Assembly (NCBI RefSeq): GCF_009914755.1
Contig: NC_060937.1
Direction: 5' to 3' (one strand)
Length of the DNA stretch: 64,000 nucleotides
Source: the human T2T-CHM13v2.0 reference genome, Homo sapiens
Shown here: positions 12,766 to 27,270 of the stretch, piece by piece
Numbering within the stretch: position 1 is the stretch's first letter
How the letters are laid out: each line of letters begins with the position of its first letter
The notes under the pieces: model-generated
The model's database searches: none
What the model was told of the DNA's origin: nothing
The model's input: the letters and a program-made list of their open reading frames with translations, nothing else
Made by a program: the position numbers and the translations under genes

Positions 12766-12952
12766 ATACAAATAACTGTCATAAAACATATACATATATT
12801 GTGTAAGAAGGAATACAAATAATTGTAATAAAACATACACATATATTGTGCAATGAAAGAATAAAACATATACATATATTGTGTAAGATGGAATGTTTAT
12901 TTCTAAAAGATAATGCTTATTTCTAAGGGATGATGTTTATTTCTAAGGAAAA
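12766..12952. repeat. Two adjacent short tandem arrays (about 47-bp unit x2.7, then 20-bp unit x3)
   Basis: ataaaacata(t/c)acatatattgtg occurs three times, followed by atg(t/c)ttatttctaa at 12893, 12913 and 12933. Confidence 0.9.
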
Positions 12953-12955
12953 CTT

Positions 12956-13579
12956 TGTATTAGGTTTTCATTGCTAATGTAACAAATTTCCATAAACTTG
13001 GCAGCCTGTAAGAACGCCAATATTTTAACTTACAGTTTTGTAGGTCAGAAGTTTAGGTGGGGTTAGCTGGTTTCTGTGCTCCAGGTCTTACAAGGTTAAA
13101 ACTAAGGTACTGAAAGGTCTGCATTTCCTACTGGAGGGTCTGAGGAAACATCTGTTTCCAAACTTATTTAGATTGCGGGCAAAATTCAGTTTTCTGTAGT
13201 CATAGGACTCACATCACTGTTTCCTTTGTGGCTGTTGGTTGGGGGCCAGTTTTTTTCTCCTAGAAGCTACACTCAACCTTTCTTAGGGTTTCCATGTGAA
13301 TTCCTCCAGCAATGACTAATTGAGTCATTGTCACACTTTGAATTTCTCCGAGTAATCCTTGTGCAATATCTCTCTACCTTTAGATGGAGAAGTGATTGGC
13401 TTTTAAGGGGTCATGTAAATATATTGGACTCGCCTGGGTAATCCAAAATAATTTGACAACTTGAATGTCTGTCACCTTATTTATATTTGCAAAGTCATTT
13501 TTGCCGTGTGACATAGCATATTCTCAGGTAGGAGAGATTAGGGCCTGGACCTATTTAGAGGGCTCTTCTGTCAACCATA
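12956..13579 (-). mobile_element. MLT1E-type MaLR LTR
   Basis: tgtattaggttttcattgctaatgtaacaaatttccataaacttggcagc...ttacagttttgtaggtcagaagt...gcaaagtcatttttgccgtgtgacatagcatattctcagg. Confidence 0.8.
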
Positions 13580-14544
13580 GAAATCACAAAAAGCATTCCA
13601 TCTGTTTCTTGACAGATGAATAAGCTATTTCAGTGCTATAGAAGTTGAAGCTATATAGAATGTGAAGTATTTTGTATTTATGCTAAGTAGTTTGAACTAA
13701 ATCTGTTTTGACTAGTCTTATATCTATGGTCTTGGGGCAGAGAATAATATATTTTTTGCATTTTTCAGAGATAAATTTGAGGGTGAGATGGAAAATATTT
13801 AGACAGAGTGAACTAGCTCAAGGCTTAACTATCAGGAAGAGATAATAATGTTCTATATTGTGGCTTACTAATAAGATTGGGAATGGAACATGAGAATGAT
13901 TTTATGGAAATGAAAATATTTGATGGTTATTTTTTCTTAGTTATAAGAGTCTTCATTGATTTATAAAATCTTCGTAAGTTTATCTGGAAAGATGGGGAGG
14001 GTAGCATTTTTCAAAATTAAAGAGACCAGGGGAAAATGATACATTTGGTTTGAATTATATTGATTTTTGAGATTTTTAAGCTATCTTTAAGAAGATACCC
14101 TCCAGATAATCAGATACATTAATAAGTCAAGAATTCAAAAGAGAGATAAAATACACAGACGTGCTTGTGATTTTCTATTTTCTTTAGAATAATTTAAACA
14201 ATAAACATATTAACGTTTAGAGAACCCAGGTCAGGATATATATGCGTTTTATTTAGATTTCATATATTTCTGAATTAGCCTTTTAAAGTGTACAAGGAAA
14301 ACTTAGAAAGAATCTTCCACTTTTTCCCCTAATATTCTCTTAGTAGTCTATCATAGACTTATTCCTTCAATAACAATTGTATTTCCTGCAATGGACTGGT
14401 TTTAATAATGCTTGAACAAAAGCACATTTTCTAGTTTTTTATAATTCATCTTTTTTAAAGAAAAGTATTTAAAGCTCCTTCTTAATTGATGACTCAGATT
14501 TTGGCCATGAAAACAATTACGCCTTTAGTTGCCTTGTTTTGCAG

Positions 14545-14647
14545 AATACATGAGTCTTTTTATCCATTGAGATTTATTCCAAAATGGAAACAGCAATGCT
14601 AAAATGTCTAAATTGGTTGAGGCTAGATATTTGATAGAGCTTGGGAG
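14545..14647 (+). other. Candidate non-coding exon (103 nt)
   Basis: Acceptor gttgccttgttttgcag|A and donor GAG|gtaagt; stop codons in all three frames; no transcript evidence. Confidence 0.35.
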
Positions 14648-17036
14648 GTAAGTAGAATCTCAGGGAATAAAATAAATTTAATAGCTATGTTTAGAACCAC
14701 ACACACATGCACACATTAAGTGAGTTTAAAATTGTGATCACATGACGAAAAGTTGCAGCATTAATGGAAACCCAAACACACTGCTATGGTCAGCAGAATG
14801 TTGATGTAGGAAAAATATTTTAATCTTGATAGCATAAAATCCTGTCCTCTGCCATCAGGGTTACTCTGGCAAAGAGGCTTAAAAAGAAATATTCTAAAAG
14901 AGGTTGCTGCACTTTTATAATGAATAATAATGTTTCCAAGTTCCGATATTCTGCCTATCTGTTTCTACATTGTGGAACATTTTAGGACTTTGTTAAACTT
15001 TTCACAAGAACTTGTCTTTGAGAAAAGTACATTTAATAGAAAATTATCTAACATCTGACATATTTCTCTCCCTATCTCTCTCATATACATATTTCCAAAT
15101 ATATATACATATATCCATATATATTTTTGTATCTATATATTGTTATATACATGGAAGTAAAAGTTTGGACTAATTATTCTGCAACTTAAACTTAGAAACC
15201 AGATAAATTAAATATAAGTGACTGTGGTTTATTTTTCATAGTGGGAGCATTTAATTTATTTTTGTGCTTGTTAGTTTTGATGAGTTCTTATTTCATTTGG
15301 ATTTGTTTGACAATTTGCTTATTTATATGCTTTCGTTTTAGAAAATTACTATTTTGCAATGTGAAGAATTTCAGGAAGAGTGTTTACAAACAACAACAAA
15401 TCAGTTGAGATACATTACAAATGTCTGACAAATTAATATTTCAAACATTGATACTTAATATTTAGGTCATTTAGGAGCTGAGAAGGAAAAACGATGCAGG
15501 CATTATCAGTTATTGCTGACACCACCGTTCGCTAAATGCCCCCAAATCTTAGGGATGTCTAAAAGAGAACTAAGCTTTGGCACATCTTTTGAGAAATGTT
15601 ATAAATTTATATTGATGAATACTAACATTGAGCACAGGATAATAGCAAAGCTGAACGCATTGCATGGGTTTCCCATTGCTGGTGTTAACATTAATGCTGA
15701 CTAATCTTGCCTACAGATTTGCCATTGTTGATTAAATGTTTAATGATTCTAAATCCATGTCCAAAAGTTTCTTACATTTTTCTTTATAATATTAAATATT
15801 AGGTTCATTTTTGCTCTTTTGCCCCCAATTCTGTAAAAATAAACAAGGTTAAAAATCAGGTGTCTTATTTTTCCTAGATAGGAAATTCTGTCTTGCTGTC
15901 TCATTCTTTGAACAAACTCAACTTATTTGTGAAATTATTTTTCTAATATCCTGCTAAATAGCATCAAAGACATAGTTTGATGTGAGTCATATTGATATAA
16001 TAACTGTCTCATGTGACATGGGACAGTTTATTTGGTTTACAAATGAATACAAATGATAACATCAAAATAGTCTGTAAAATATATTAGCAATATTGGCTAT
16101 TGTTTACACTGAATAAAAGTGTTATTTAGAAGTTTGGAAAAATCAATATCTTACTTGAAATTCAGTAGAATACATTAACTCTTTTTTGTTTATTTTGGCA
16201 GTAAAAGTCAATTGCAGAATAAAGAAAAAAACCGTAGTCGAACACTAATCCACTTGTCTTCTAAATTTATGCATATGCATATACACAGACACAAAAATCA
16301 GTCATACATTTAAGCTATCTAATGATTTCTGCTGCTTAAAAACTAGAATATTATTTAATTTATAGAACATTGGAGCTAGAAGGAACCTTAAACATTACAT
16401 CACCCAAGCATGTATTTTTATTGCCAAGGTCATAGAGTGAAAGTGATTCAAACCAAAATCAATTTGTCTTCCAAGTCCAGTTTTCTTTTTACTAAAATAC
16501 TTTGTCCCTTATATCTAGAAAACCCAGCAAGAATATAATAAAAGCACAATTCTAAAATCCCGAGATCATTTTAAGGGATAAGGTCTTCTCCCACCTTCAT
16601 GTTCCAGAAGCTTGCTATTTGATTTTTGATCCCAAACATATTAGAGGCTTTGTTAGCAGCTCCTTCTGGCACTGAATCATCCAACACAAAACTGTTTCTC
16701 CATTTAGTGTATGAAGAGCCAAGAATGAGGTTGGAAACTAAAATTCATTTGAGAAAAGTGACATTTATTTGTTTAATATTTTCATTCTTTTGAAACATGC
16801 TTGTATTTAATTTAGAGGACTATGGTTAGCATAAAAAAGGTCTTTATTTCTCTTTCCATTCCTAGAATGGAAACTACTAATGCAAATTGCTGACTCATTG
16901 TGTGGTAAGGGAAAGTAAATGAAGAAACCAGCTCAGGCTCTAATTATCCAAGAATATCATGCATAAAATAAGAAAAATGTAAGTCCATAAAAATTTAAAT
17001 TCCTCCATGATAAATTTGAAGTTAAGAAACTTTCCT

Positions 17037-17386
<350 letters not shown>

Positions 17387-17699
17387 TCACTCATGTATTA
17401 GTTTATTTAACACATATTTTTAATGCCTTTACTGTGCCTGACACTTTTTTAGACCACTTTATCTATTGGGTAAAATACTGAAATCTCTTCCTTTGAGGCT
17501 GCTGTTTCTCAGTCTTTTACACTGAAACCTACAGTCTATAAACTGTGCAAAAGCTAGATATAAATCTCCAAATTAAATATATAATTCTTCAATTTACTTG
17601 ATTTTTTTCAAAGAGTTATTTCATTTGGCATAAACAGCGAGTCAGAAGAGTTTGATTTAAAAGCCAAGGTATGGTTGAGAGGACATGGAGTAGGACAAT

Positions 17700-17885
17700 T
17701 AGAAAGTCAGGTCCAGGGGCCACTATTCCTGGGTTCAGATTACAGGCCTGCCCGTTGTTAGCTGTGTGACCTTGACCAAGTTAGTTACTTCTTCACTCAT
17801 AGATGCTAATATGAAAATTAAGATAATACTATGGAGTTAATTCATGTAAAATAATTAGAGAACCTGGCACATGTTAGATGTTATT
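17700..17885 (+). mobile_element. MIR SINE
   Basis: cctgggttcagattacaggcctgcc...ttagctgtgtgaccttgaccaagttagttac...catgtaaaataattagagaacctggcacat. Confidence 0.75.
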
Positions 17886-18229
17886 GCAATCATGTAAATT
17901 GCCTTAGGCAAATAGAAATGTAATTATAGTTACAATTTAGGCAGGGCAAGAGAAGACTCTGGGCATGAAAGGAGAAGCCAGATTACTTAGTATTTAATAA
18001 TAAGATTATTTGTCTATGAGATGTAAGTGATAATAATAAATGAAGTACTTTACTTTGTAGCAAGTTATAGACAAAAGTAAATGTTAGAAATATTTTAATT
18101 GCCTGAGAATTGTTTTTTCGAAGGGAACAGATTTTAGCCAGAGAAACTAGTTAGGAGAATTTTATAATAGTCTAAGGTAGAACTAATGATATTTCATATA
18201 AAAATGACAAAATTATAATTAAGAAAACA

Positions 18230-18400
18230 TATTTTTGAGCCAGGGAACATACTCAAATATTTTCATGTATAGAGTTATTGAATCTAATCTATGAGGTATG
18301 AATTATTTTTATTTCCCAACATAAAAGAATAAAATGTGACTTGGAGATGCTTAGGAATTTGTCTACTATCATACAGTTTCTAAGTGCTAGGCTTAGTTTT
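18230..18400 (-). mobile_element. MIR SINE relic
   Basis: Degenerate antisense core ctatgaggtatgaattatttttatttccc...ggaatttgtctactatcatacagtttctaagtg. Confidence 0.5.
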
Positions 18401-20849
18401 ATACTAATATATTAATTTATCTGAGTTGATAATTAACTTTATTATATCACAGTCCTTCTGGTTATTAATTTCTATACAGTAAGAACATTAGATGTTTATT
18501 GAATTGATTCATTACGTGTGATTATAAGAATAAAGACATGGTCAAAAACGAATTATGGCTCTCCAATTAATGATAGCAGGATTAGAAGAAAAACAGACTG
18601 AGGAGAAAAATTGAAGGAGAAGATTGGTTCATGTTGGCAGATGGTAATTCTTAGCTATCCATGGGATGTCCAAAGGAAGATGTTCAGAATACAGATGAAT
18701 GTACACATGTGAAGCTGCAGGAGAGGTGAGAGCAAGAAATAGAGATTATGAGTTTCAAGTGCAAACAAAATAGAAGTAGAAAAGCAAATATGAAGAAATA
18801 GTCAAAGAGTCACCAAGATAATCAGGCAAACAAATGGAGTAAAACCTTACAAGGAACAAAAGCTCAGCAGTGTTGACTGGAATGTAGAGTGATACAGTCA
18901 TGAAATACTTTTCATTAAATTTAGTACCAGCAGGCTTTTAATTTTCTTGCAAGGAATATTTTTATTTCAGGCATGGAGAAAGAAACTAGATTGTTAAATT
19001 TTAAAATGTCATTAGTGAATGAGACACAGAGAACTGGACTCAGAAAAATGTATGATAAATTTTCAGTAATTTTGAATGAGAAAAGAAAGAGAAAAACTGT
19101 TTGGGAGTGGGTATTGTAAATAGAGACATTTGTTCCATTTTGTATTGTTTTGTTTGTATTACAGAAATGGATATACCCATACGAAATGGAGAGGGGATGA
19201 GTATGTAATAGAGATAGGGCCGTTTTTTTGGAGCAATGTCTGTTAGGAGATGAGTAGGAAAATTACGAAAAAACACAGGCATCCTGAAATGACTCATAGA
19301 TGTAGCAGACAAGATCCCACAGCAGGTCAGTTTCTTACTTTGGGATCTATTTCTTCCATGCTCAAAATAATCACAATTTCATAGGTAAAATTCAGTACCC
19401 ATCAGGCTATAAATCCTTCAGATTCTCACAATCCTTCTTATGATAACGTCAGATTTCTTGCCGAGTCTTGCTTGTGCATTTGAATTTCATTTAAATTTTG
19501 AGAAAATACTGCCCTATCTTACCATGATTCCTCCCATTGTCATACGTATTACCAGAATTTATTTTGAATTTTCTCTCCATGTTAAAGAAAAAAAAAAGGC
19601 ATTACTCAATGCTCCAAATAAAAATGTGAAAGTGATTGTAGGCCGTTTAAAGATGGGGGAGATCAAGGCATTGAATGTATTCGAATTGAAAGTAGTTCTG
19701 AAAAAATTTCTGGTAAACAAATTGGCTCAGCATTCTTTCTGTCTGTCTGGTTCTTTGTCTCCGTCTGACTCTTAATTAACTTCTCCTCTCTCTGAATCTG
19801 TGTCTGACTTAATTTTTTTTAAAAATTAAAAACAATTAATTTTTAAAAATTCCAGAAGACACACCATGTAACAATTCTTTAAAATTCCCAGAGATCACTC
19901 TCAAGACCTCTTCTTCACTCTATCGACCTTCAATTTAATTAAGAAACTGCCACCTGTATTAACATATAAATCCTGATTTCTCAGCAATTTCACAAAAGAG
20001 GTCTTGCTGGAGATTTGGAAAGTGAAAGTGAAGCAGAAGCTATTTTGTGTCTTAAACATATTGCCACCTATCTGCTGGCTTCTTTCGTTGACATGAGGCA
20101 GTGGCAGGGCCTGCAATTCCTTTATTTTCCCCTCATTTCTCAAACTCTTGGATCCAGTGAGTGTGTTTATTAGCATGCAAAGGGCTCAATTTCCTCAGGA
20201 TCCCTTCACCATCAAGGTCAGAGGCAACGAGAGCTGACACTATTTTCAAAGCATCTTCATGGGAGTCCAGATCATGTTTGTGGGTTCAAGCTTAATCTTG
20301 GGTAGTCTGCCCTACTTTCTATCTAGTGTCCCTTCCAAACCTGCCTACCCTGTTTGCTTCTACTGCCGGCATCAGACTTGATGAGAAGAATCTTACTGAG
20401 ACTGTTTAACTGGCCCCCACAACCGCTTAAAATCAAATTTCCGTAACAAATGTATGTGCATGTGTAGCAGATGTACATGCATGTGTATATATGTGGCGGT
20501 GAATATATACACACACCCATACACGCATACATACAATACACTATACATTACTCTAATAATTCTGCTTTGCTAACTTAGCCTTGATTGATACATCCAGTTT
20601 TATCTCTAGTATAAATTTTCTTCTGTAATCTCCACTGATTCACAACCTGCCTGTTCTAACAAATACTTTATACTTAACCATATTCCAAACAAATTACATT
20701 TCACACAAACTGCCTTTTCACATACTCACATACTTGCTCATATCTTTAAATGGAAATTACCTTCTTCAGTTGCTAGGGTTTGGAGACATTTTAAAATTTT
20801 GCCCTTTTCCTTACATACACTTTCCACCTGGGAAAAGAAACAACTGGCA

Positions 20850-21575
20850 TACCTTCAAAATATTTCCATTTATATCTATACCAAATATCCAAGTACATAA
20901 AAAAATCAATCACTCTTCACTACCTTTTCCACCCTCATTATGGGCTCAGGCATCATTAGCTCTAACTTGAGTTCATGTGGTATCAGCCTTAACTGGATTT
21001 CGGCTTTAGTTTTTCCCTATAGAGCAAATAGAATGAGCCTTTCAAAAAGAAGAGTTTATGTCTTCTCTCAAAAATTTTCAATGACTCTTCATCTTACCTA
21101 TGCTAAAAACAAAAGGCCTTGTAATAGTCAACAAGAACCTGCTGCGTTCAGATCCCATATCTCGCTCCTTACCTCTCGCTTGTTCTCTGTGCTCAGACAC
21201 CCTGGCTTCCCAGCTGTCCTTAAAACACACATACTCGAGGACTTTGCAATGGCTGGCCCATCTGTTTGAACTGCTTTGCTCTCACGTGTTCACAGTATGC
21301 ACACCCTCATTTCCTATAGGTGTAGGAATGTACCTGAATACATTACATGTGATAACACCCATCCTTCCAGCCCCCGTAATTCACAATAATTACTCTTGAT
21401 GCCCTTATTATGCTTTATTTTTCCCATGGTATTTACAATTATTTGATGTGCTACCTATATGTTATTTATCTGCTTGCTTATTCTCCATATGCCACATCAG
21501 AATGAAAGCCATAGGAGAGCAGGTACTTCTTCATCCTTTGTGGGATAGATGAATAAATGGATGGATTAATAAACG
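20850..21575 (+). mobile_element. L2 (L2a-like) 3' region
   Basis: L2 3' motifs ttcaatgactcttcatctt, aggactttgcaatggctggccc, tgctttatttttcccatggtattt, gaatgaaagccataggagagcagg, ending gatgaataaatggatgg; 5' edge uncertain. Confidence 0.7.
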
Positions 21576-22582
21576 AGTCAAACAATTTTCTTCTGACCAT
21601 TTACCTTGAAGATCAATTTTCTTCTGAACAAATAAGTCAGCATTTGGGGTGTTTTTCTACCACTTACTGTGTAGAAGTTGATGTTTTGCTAGAGGTGGTC
21701 TTACATAATTGCTTACATCAGTCTCTTTTAGAATGCAAGAAATAGAAATACATTACAAATTTCCCAATCAAGGTGTGTGCAAACCAAGTGTACATTTAGA
21801 ATTAGGTATCAAAGAATAATCTCATCGGTCACACGTAGAGAAGTTCAAGAAAATTCATTTATTCATTCATTCATTCATCCATTCATTTGTTAGGTATTAG
21901 GATAAGCAGCTAAGAAGATGCTTCAATTACCGAGGAGTAATTCTAGTGATCTGCCTTATGTGTAACCTTTCTTTCTCTTTGTTATTTATTTATTTATTTA
22001 TTTTCTGGTCTCTATTTGCTTCTTATACTAGTATAAACTATTAAACACTACGTTTCTATCTTCTGTTTACATTGTCTTATCTTTTATTTAGTTTAAATCC
22101 TCTCATACAAATAAAACTTTAAGCCCCCCCACCCATTTATTTTACTTTATGTACCAATGTAATAAAAAATTAATAATGTGATCCACAATATTTAAGAATT
22201 ACTGAGTGAGCCCAAAAGTTTATATTTTTTTCACGTGAGCTACAATATTTCTCTTCAGCAGCTCAGAATCTAATTGTGCTTTCGCATGCACCTCATAAAT
22301 ATGTACAAACATTTGTATCAATAAAAATTCTGTGGAAGAAAAGGTTCAAACAATAACAACTACAACAACAATGGAGTTTTATAAGGATGATTCTGAGTCA
22401 GATGATGAAGATAAAGAGAAATAGGAAGAGGAAGGGGAGTAAGAAGAAGATGAGGAAAAATAAGGAAAGGATAACAAGGAGAAGAAGACAGGTGAATTGG
22501 ACTGGAGTTTTGGAGGAGCATATTGTGCTTCCTTAGTTAATCCTTGAAGAACAATTATGGCTTGGTTGAAAAGAAAGAGAAG

Positions 22583-22995
<413 letters not shown>

Positions 22996-25900
22996 TTATA
23001 ACACAAGCAACTCAATCAGCATGCTAACAAAGCACTTCAGTTAAAAATGATCTTTACTTAACACCCTATAGATCATTAAGTTATCGTTTTAGAATCAAAT
23101 ATACATTAAAGATCATTTTACTCTTTGATACATTTAAACAAGCTTCCATTGATTAGTATATTTTATTTTTTGTTTTTAATAGCATGTCTTTTCAGTGTAT
23201 TATGGGGAATATTAATACTTTTCAGATAGTACTTATATTGGTGATTACGGATAGAGTCAAGATGATTATTTAGCTGTTTTGATACAGTATATATGTCGGA
23301 GAATAGAAAAAAATAGAAAATAAAATAGAAAAGAATATGAGGATTATGAATGAATTCACTAGGTCTTTGCAATCTTATTACACAATGGACTAGATTGATT
23401 AATTGACTGACAAAAAGTCTTAATATATAAAATGTATTCCAGAATGTTCAATGAAAAATTATTTTTAAAGTCAGAATAAAATTTCAGAAACTTGTGCCCC
23501 TATGAAATACAAAGCTCATCACATTATACACACAAATTTATATAATTATGATTTGCCAACTAAAAATAATATTCATTTTCAAAAACTATTAAAGTTATTT
23601 CACACATACACCTTCATGAATTGAAAGTTTACTTCACCAGTTACAAGAAGATACTTGAGTTTTCTTAAATCTTTTATTTAAAATCCTGAAATCAAAGATT
23701 CAGGTTGGTTACCTTGGGGGAAAGAAATCCCTGAGAGAAAACTTCAGGCACATAACCTGATGAACAAATGAAGAGTGTATACTTTTATTCTGACTTTATT
23801 ATTTTAGATTTCATTAACTGCATAGTTGTCTGAAAAGGGCAAGGAATTTTGATTTCTGAATAAGGCTGGGAAGCTGATTTAGTGCACCATTGCAGGTGGT
23901 GTACTGAATTGGGCAAAACTGATAGATGTTAAGACTCAGTGGACTGGACCTTCTTGATCTTCCAAAAGCTGCACTTTCATAAGAGATATGTATTTAAAAA
24001 TTCCTTTAATGTGATTTTTGTTGAGAAGGGTATTATCCATTCAAAATTTGATTTGTAAACTTCTGCTACACTAAAGTGATCAATAATCAGTTATTTTACT
24101 TTTATTTAAAAATTTTTCATTATTATACAAAATGGATCATTATAACAAGTTGAGGAGGGGGAAGAAAGATGATGTGTAATTTAACAATAATGTACATTTA
24201 AATGAACCACAATTAATAAAGAAATTAGAAAAAGTCTCTTAATGATCCTAACAAAAAATCAGACTAAATATCTTCTTGATAGTTGGTGATGGGGGATGAT
24301 GAGAAGAAAGAAAAGGATAGTTGAGTTGTGAAAGGAAAAGGGAGAAAACCTCTACTCTTCAGTACTGAATGTGTAGCAGACACTTTACATATCATTTCTC
24401 ATTATTCATCATATTGTCACATTCATCTTTAAGTGTGTATGTAATTTTACACTGGGACATTTAACTATGGAGAGAAAATTAGATGAAATGATAATATTGT
24501 GAAGGATATTCAAGGAATACAGTGCTGGGTTCTTGAAATGAAAAGGAAAGCAAATTATATTTTCAATAGATTTGGAGGACAGAATCAAAATCATAAAGGA
24601 AGAAGAACAAGAACAATTGTCCATTCACTCTTTCCTATGCATAATATTTACAAAACATGGACGGAACTAAAATCTATTAAAATATCAAATGATTTGTGTG
24701 TGTGTGTGCGAATTTGGGTAGCACAATGGATATGTTCAATATTTCAACATTTTCTAACTTTTTAGAATAAATTTACTACCATGCTATATTTTAAAAGCAT
24801 CAGCTGAGCTCTTTAAACTAGTTTAAAGAATATTTAATTGTGTTTTCTGTGTCACTACCCAGCTGTTTCTAAATGAGCAATTAATACAGTGTTGGTATTT
24901 AGCTAAATGCATTATTTTGAATCATTTCAACTAGCTACTTCATGTACAGTGATGAAGACTATATGCCTGACTTGGCTACTTCAAATTAAAAATGCTTTTC
25001 TCTTTTCTACATTTATCTTGTACTACAGATTTCTCTCTTTTTGCCTGGATTATCTTCTGTGCTTTAACTGTATTTGGAGCTCACATAATTTAAGATTGCA
25101 CTTTAGCAACACTGAAAGCTTTTGGAAAATTAGGAAATGAGCAATAGTCACTTGAAATAGTATTTTCCCATAGAAAAATATTTATAAAATTGTATTAGTG
25201 GTACTTAAGCATCTCTGGATACACATTTCTGAATTTCAGTAAAAGTTTTAAGAGGGGAAAAATAATACTGCCCTTTGATAACTTGCTATAGTCAGATTTG
25301 AGACATGATATAATCACTTAGGAATTACTATAAAAGAAACTTGACAAATAATTTGGCTTAGACCTGAATCTGTCAAGGGAAACATATCAGAAAAGTTGAG
25401 CCTTGACAACATTAGCAAATTTATTGAGTGCTTACTATGTTCTATCTAGCTACTCACACACTTTCCGAATTTAACTCCTTTTAGCTTTATTTGAGAAAGA
25501 CAGGAAATGCTAAATAATAACTTCTTCAAATAAAGGAAACAAAGCTAATAAATGTTTGTGATTCGAATCAAATCCAGTCAACCATGTATATATACTACAG
25601 TGGTTGCCTTTCAGTGAGAATACGGTGCTAGATATAAAAATAATCTTAGCCAGGTTGAAAATGGTAATAGCATCTTTCTATTTGTGTGTCCACCTCACCA
25701 CCATAGATTTTTCCATTTGCTGATTCCTGTTTTCATTCTGTATTTCCAATTCACTCCAGGAAGAACAGCATTTTTAAACAGAGCAGGGATAGCATCTTCG
25801 GAGTACATTTTAAAATAGTAACTAGAATTGTGAAAGTTACTGTTCCAATGAATACTTCAGTGGAAGAAGTAGGGATAAAAAGAAATGAAGAAACAGAAGT

Positions 25901-27039
25901 TCTGTAAAGATATTGATTTCTCCCAGTGAACATAAAGTGAGGCAGGAAATTACAGGACATTCCCATTCTCTATATTGTCAATATCTAAATGGGGAGGAGT
26001 GTTTAAGTAAAAACAAGGCCAGTCATTGTCAGATCTTCAATATGGCAAACTGCCAGTACTTTTAGAATCTTGAAGTTCAGGCATTTAACAACCCCTCTCC
26101 ATTTAGGTAATTTAGTCCTTGTGAAAGGAAGATTGGCAGAAAGGAAAGAGAGTGACGCACTCTGTTTATCCAAAGTAAAATAGATCCTGGGCACTAAGTG
26201 CACAATCTTCTATCATGTTGTCCTGCCAAGACACTTTACTTTATCCACAGAATCATTTACAGGACAAAGGGTAATTGAGATATTGACTTTAACCACTCCT
26301 TGATCTTAGAAACCTGTACACTTGCTATATAGTGCCCAAGGCAGCTATTCTACTTTATAGTCTTCTCAGGGAAAAAAAAAATCCCTCTACATTTGCAAAG
26401 ATTGAGTGCCCACGCAATATTAAATTTACAAAAACCTACTTAAGATAAATTCTGAACTAGTGCTTTTAACACATTTAGTAGGTGTCAGAAATAAAGTAAA
26501 AGCAACGTGAAGTTGCTGCTTGTGAAGAAGTAGGGTAAATCACTATCAATGGATCCATCGACAGTCCTTTCGCTTACCTCTTCCATCATAAGGTAACAAA
26601 GAAAGTGCCATTCCTTTCTCAGGTGGAAGCCAGTAAGAAAAATTTAAAGACTATAGGCTACTCTAACACCATATAAAATGTCCTTTTAAAACCTGGATTA
26701 AAGAGGCAGCATTCTATCTTATTTAAAGTAGATCTCTTTATTGCTAAGTATCCATTAGGATAGAAGGAAAACATATTTATTTATTCTTTAAATATTATAT
26801 ACCCTGTTTATTTCTAAAATGTCATGGTTTTAAGTTTGGTATAATAGCGTGAAAACATTCTTTAAAAAAATAACAAGACCAAGTTATTTACAAACAAAGA
26901 TGACATTCTGAGACTTCAATTATTTATGTAATATTTCAAATAATTGATATACTTAGAAAAAAGAGTGGTTTCAGTTGTTTGGAAGAGGTGATTAATATAA
27001 ATGTCATTGTGGTTAGCATGAAAAAAATTGTAGAGAAAA

Positions 27040-27270
27040 ACTATTGATTGAGCTTTTATACTAGTTCTTAAGCTCTTGAATGGAATTTTACATAAGTTTT
27101 TTTTTTTTTCCTTAACAAATCCTCACAGTAGACCCATGGAAATTGTTTATTATTTGTCTTTCATTAATGAGGAAACTAGGCCTGAGAGATAAAATATATT
27201 TTCATAGGTCACAAATCACTGCAACTAAAAGCAAGTTTCTCACTTTGATGCTGGTATTCTTCCTCTGTGT
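27040..27270 (-). mobile_element. MIR SINE relic
   Basis: tattgattgagctttt...aatcctcacagtagacccatggaa...aatgaggaaactaggcctgagagataaa. Confidence 0.6.

Noticed and set aside
22385-22492. Acidic-looking stretch (DDSESDDEDKEK...) suggesting a processed pseudogene
   Set aside because: It is a short GA-rich low-complexity tract with stops, no flanking homology, and no poly(A) or TSD.
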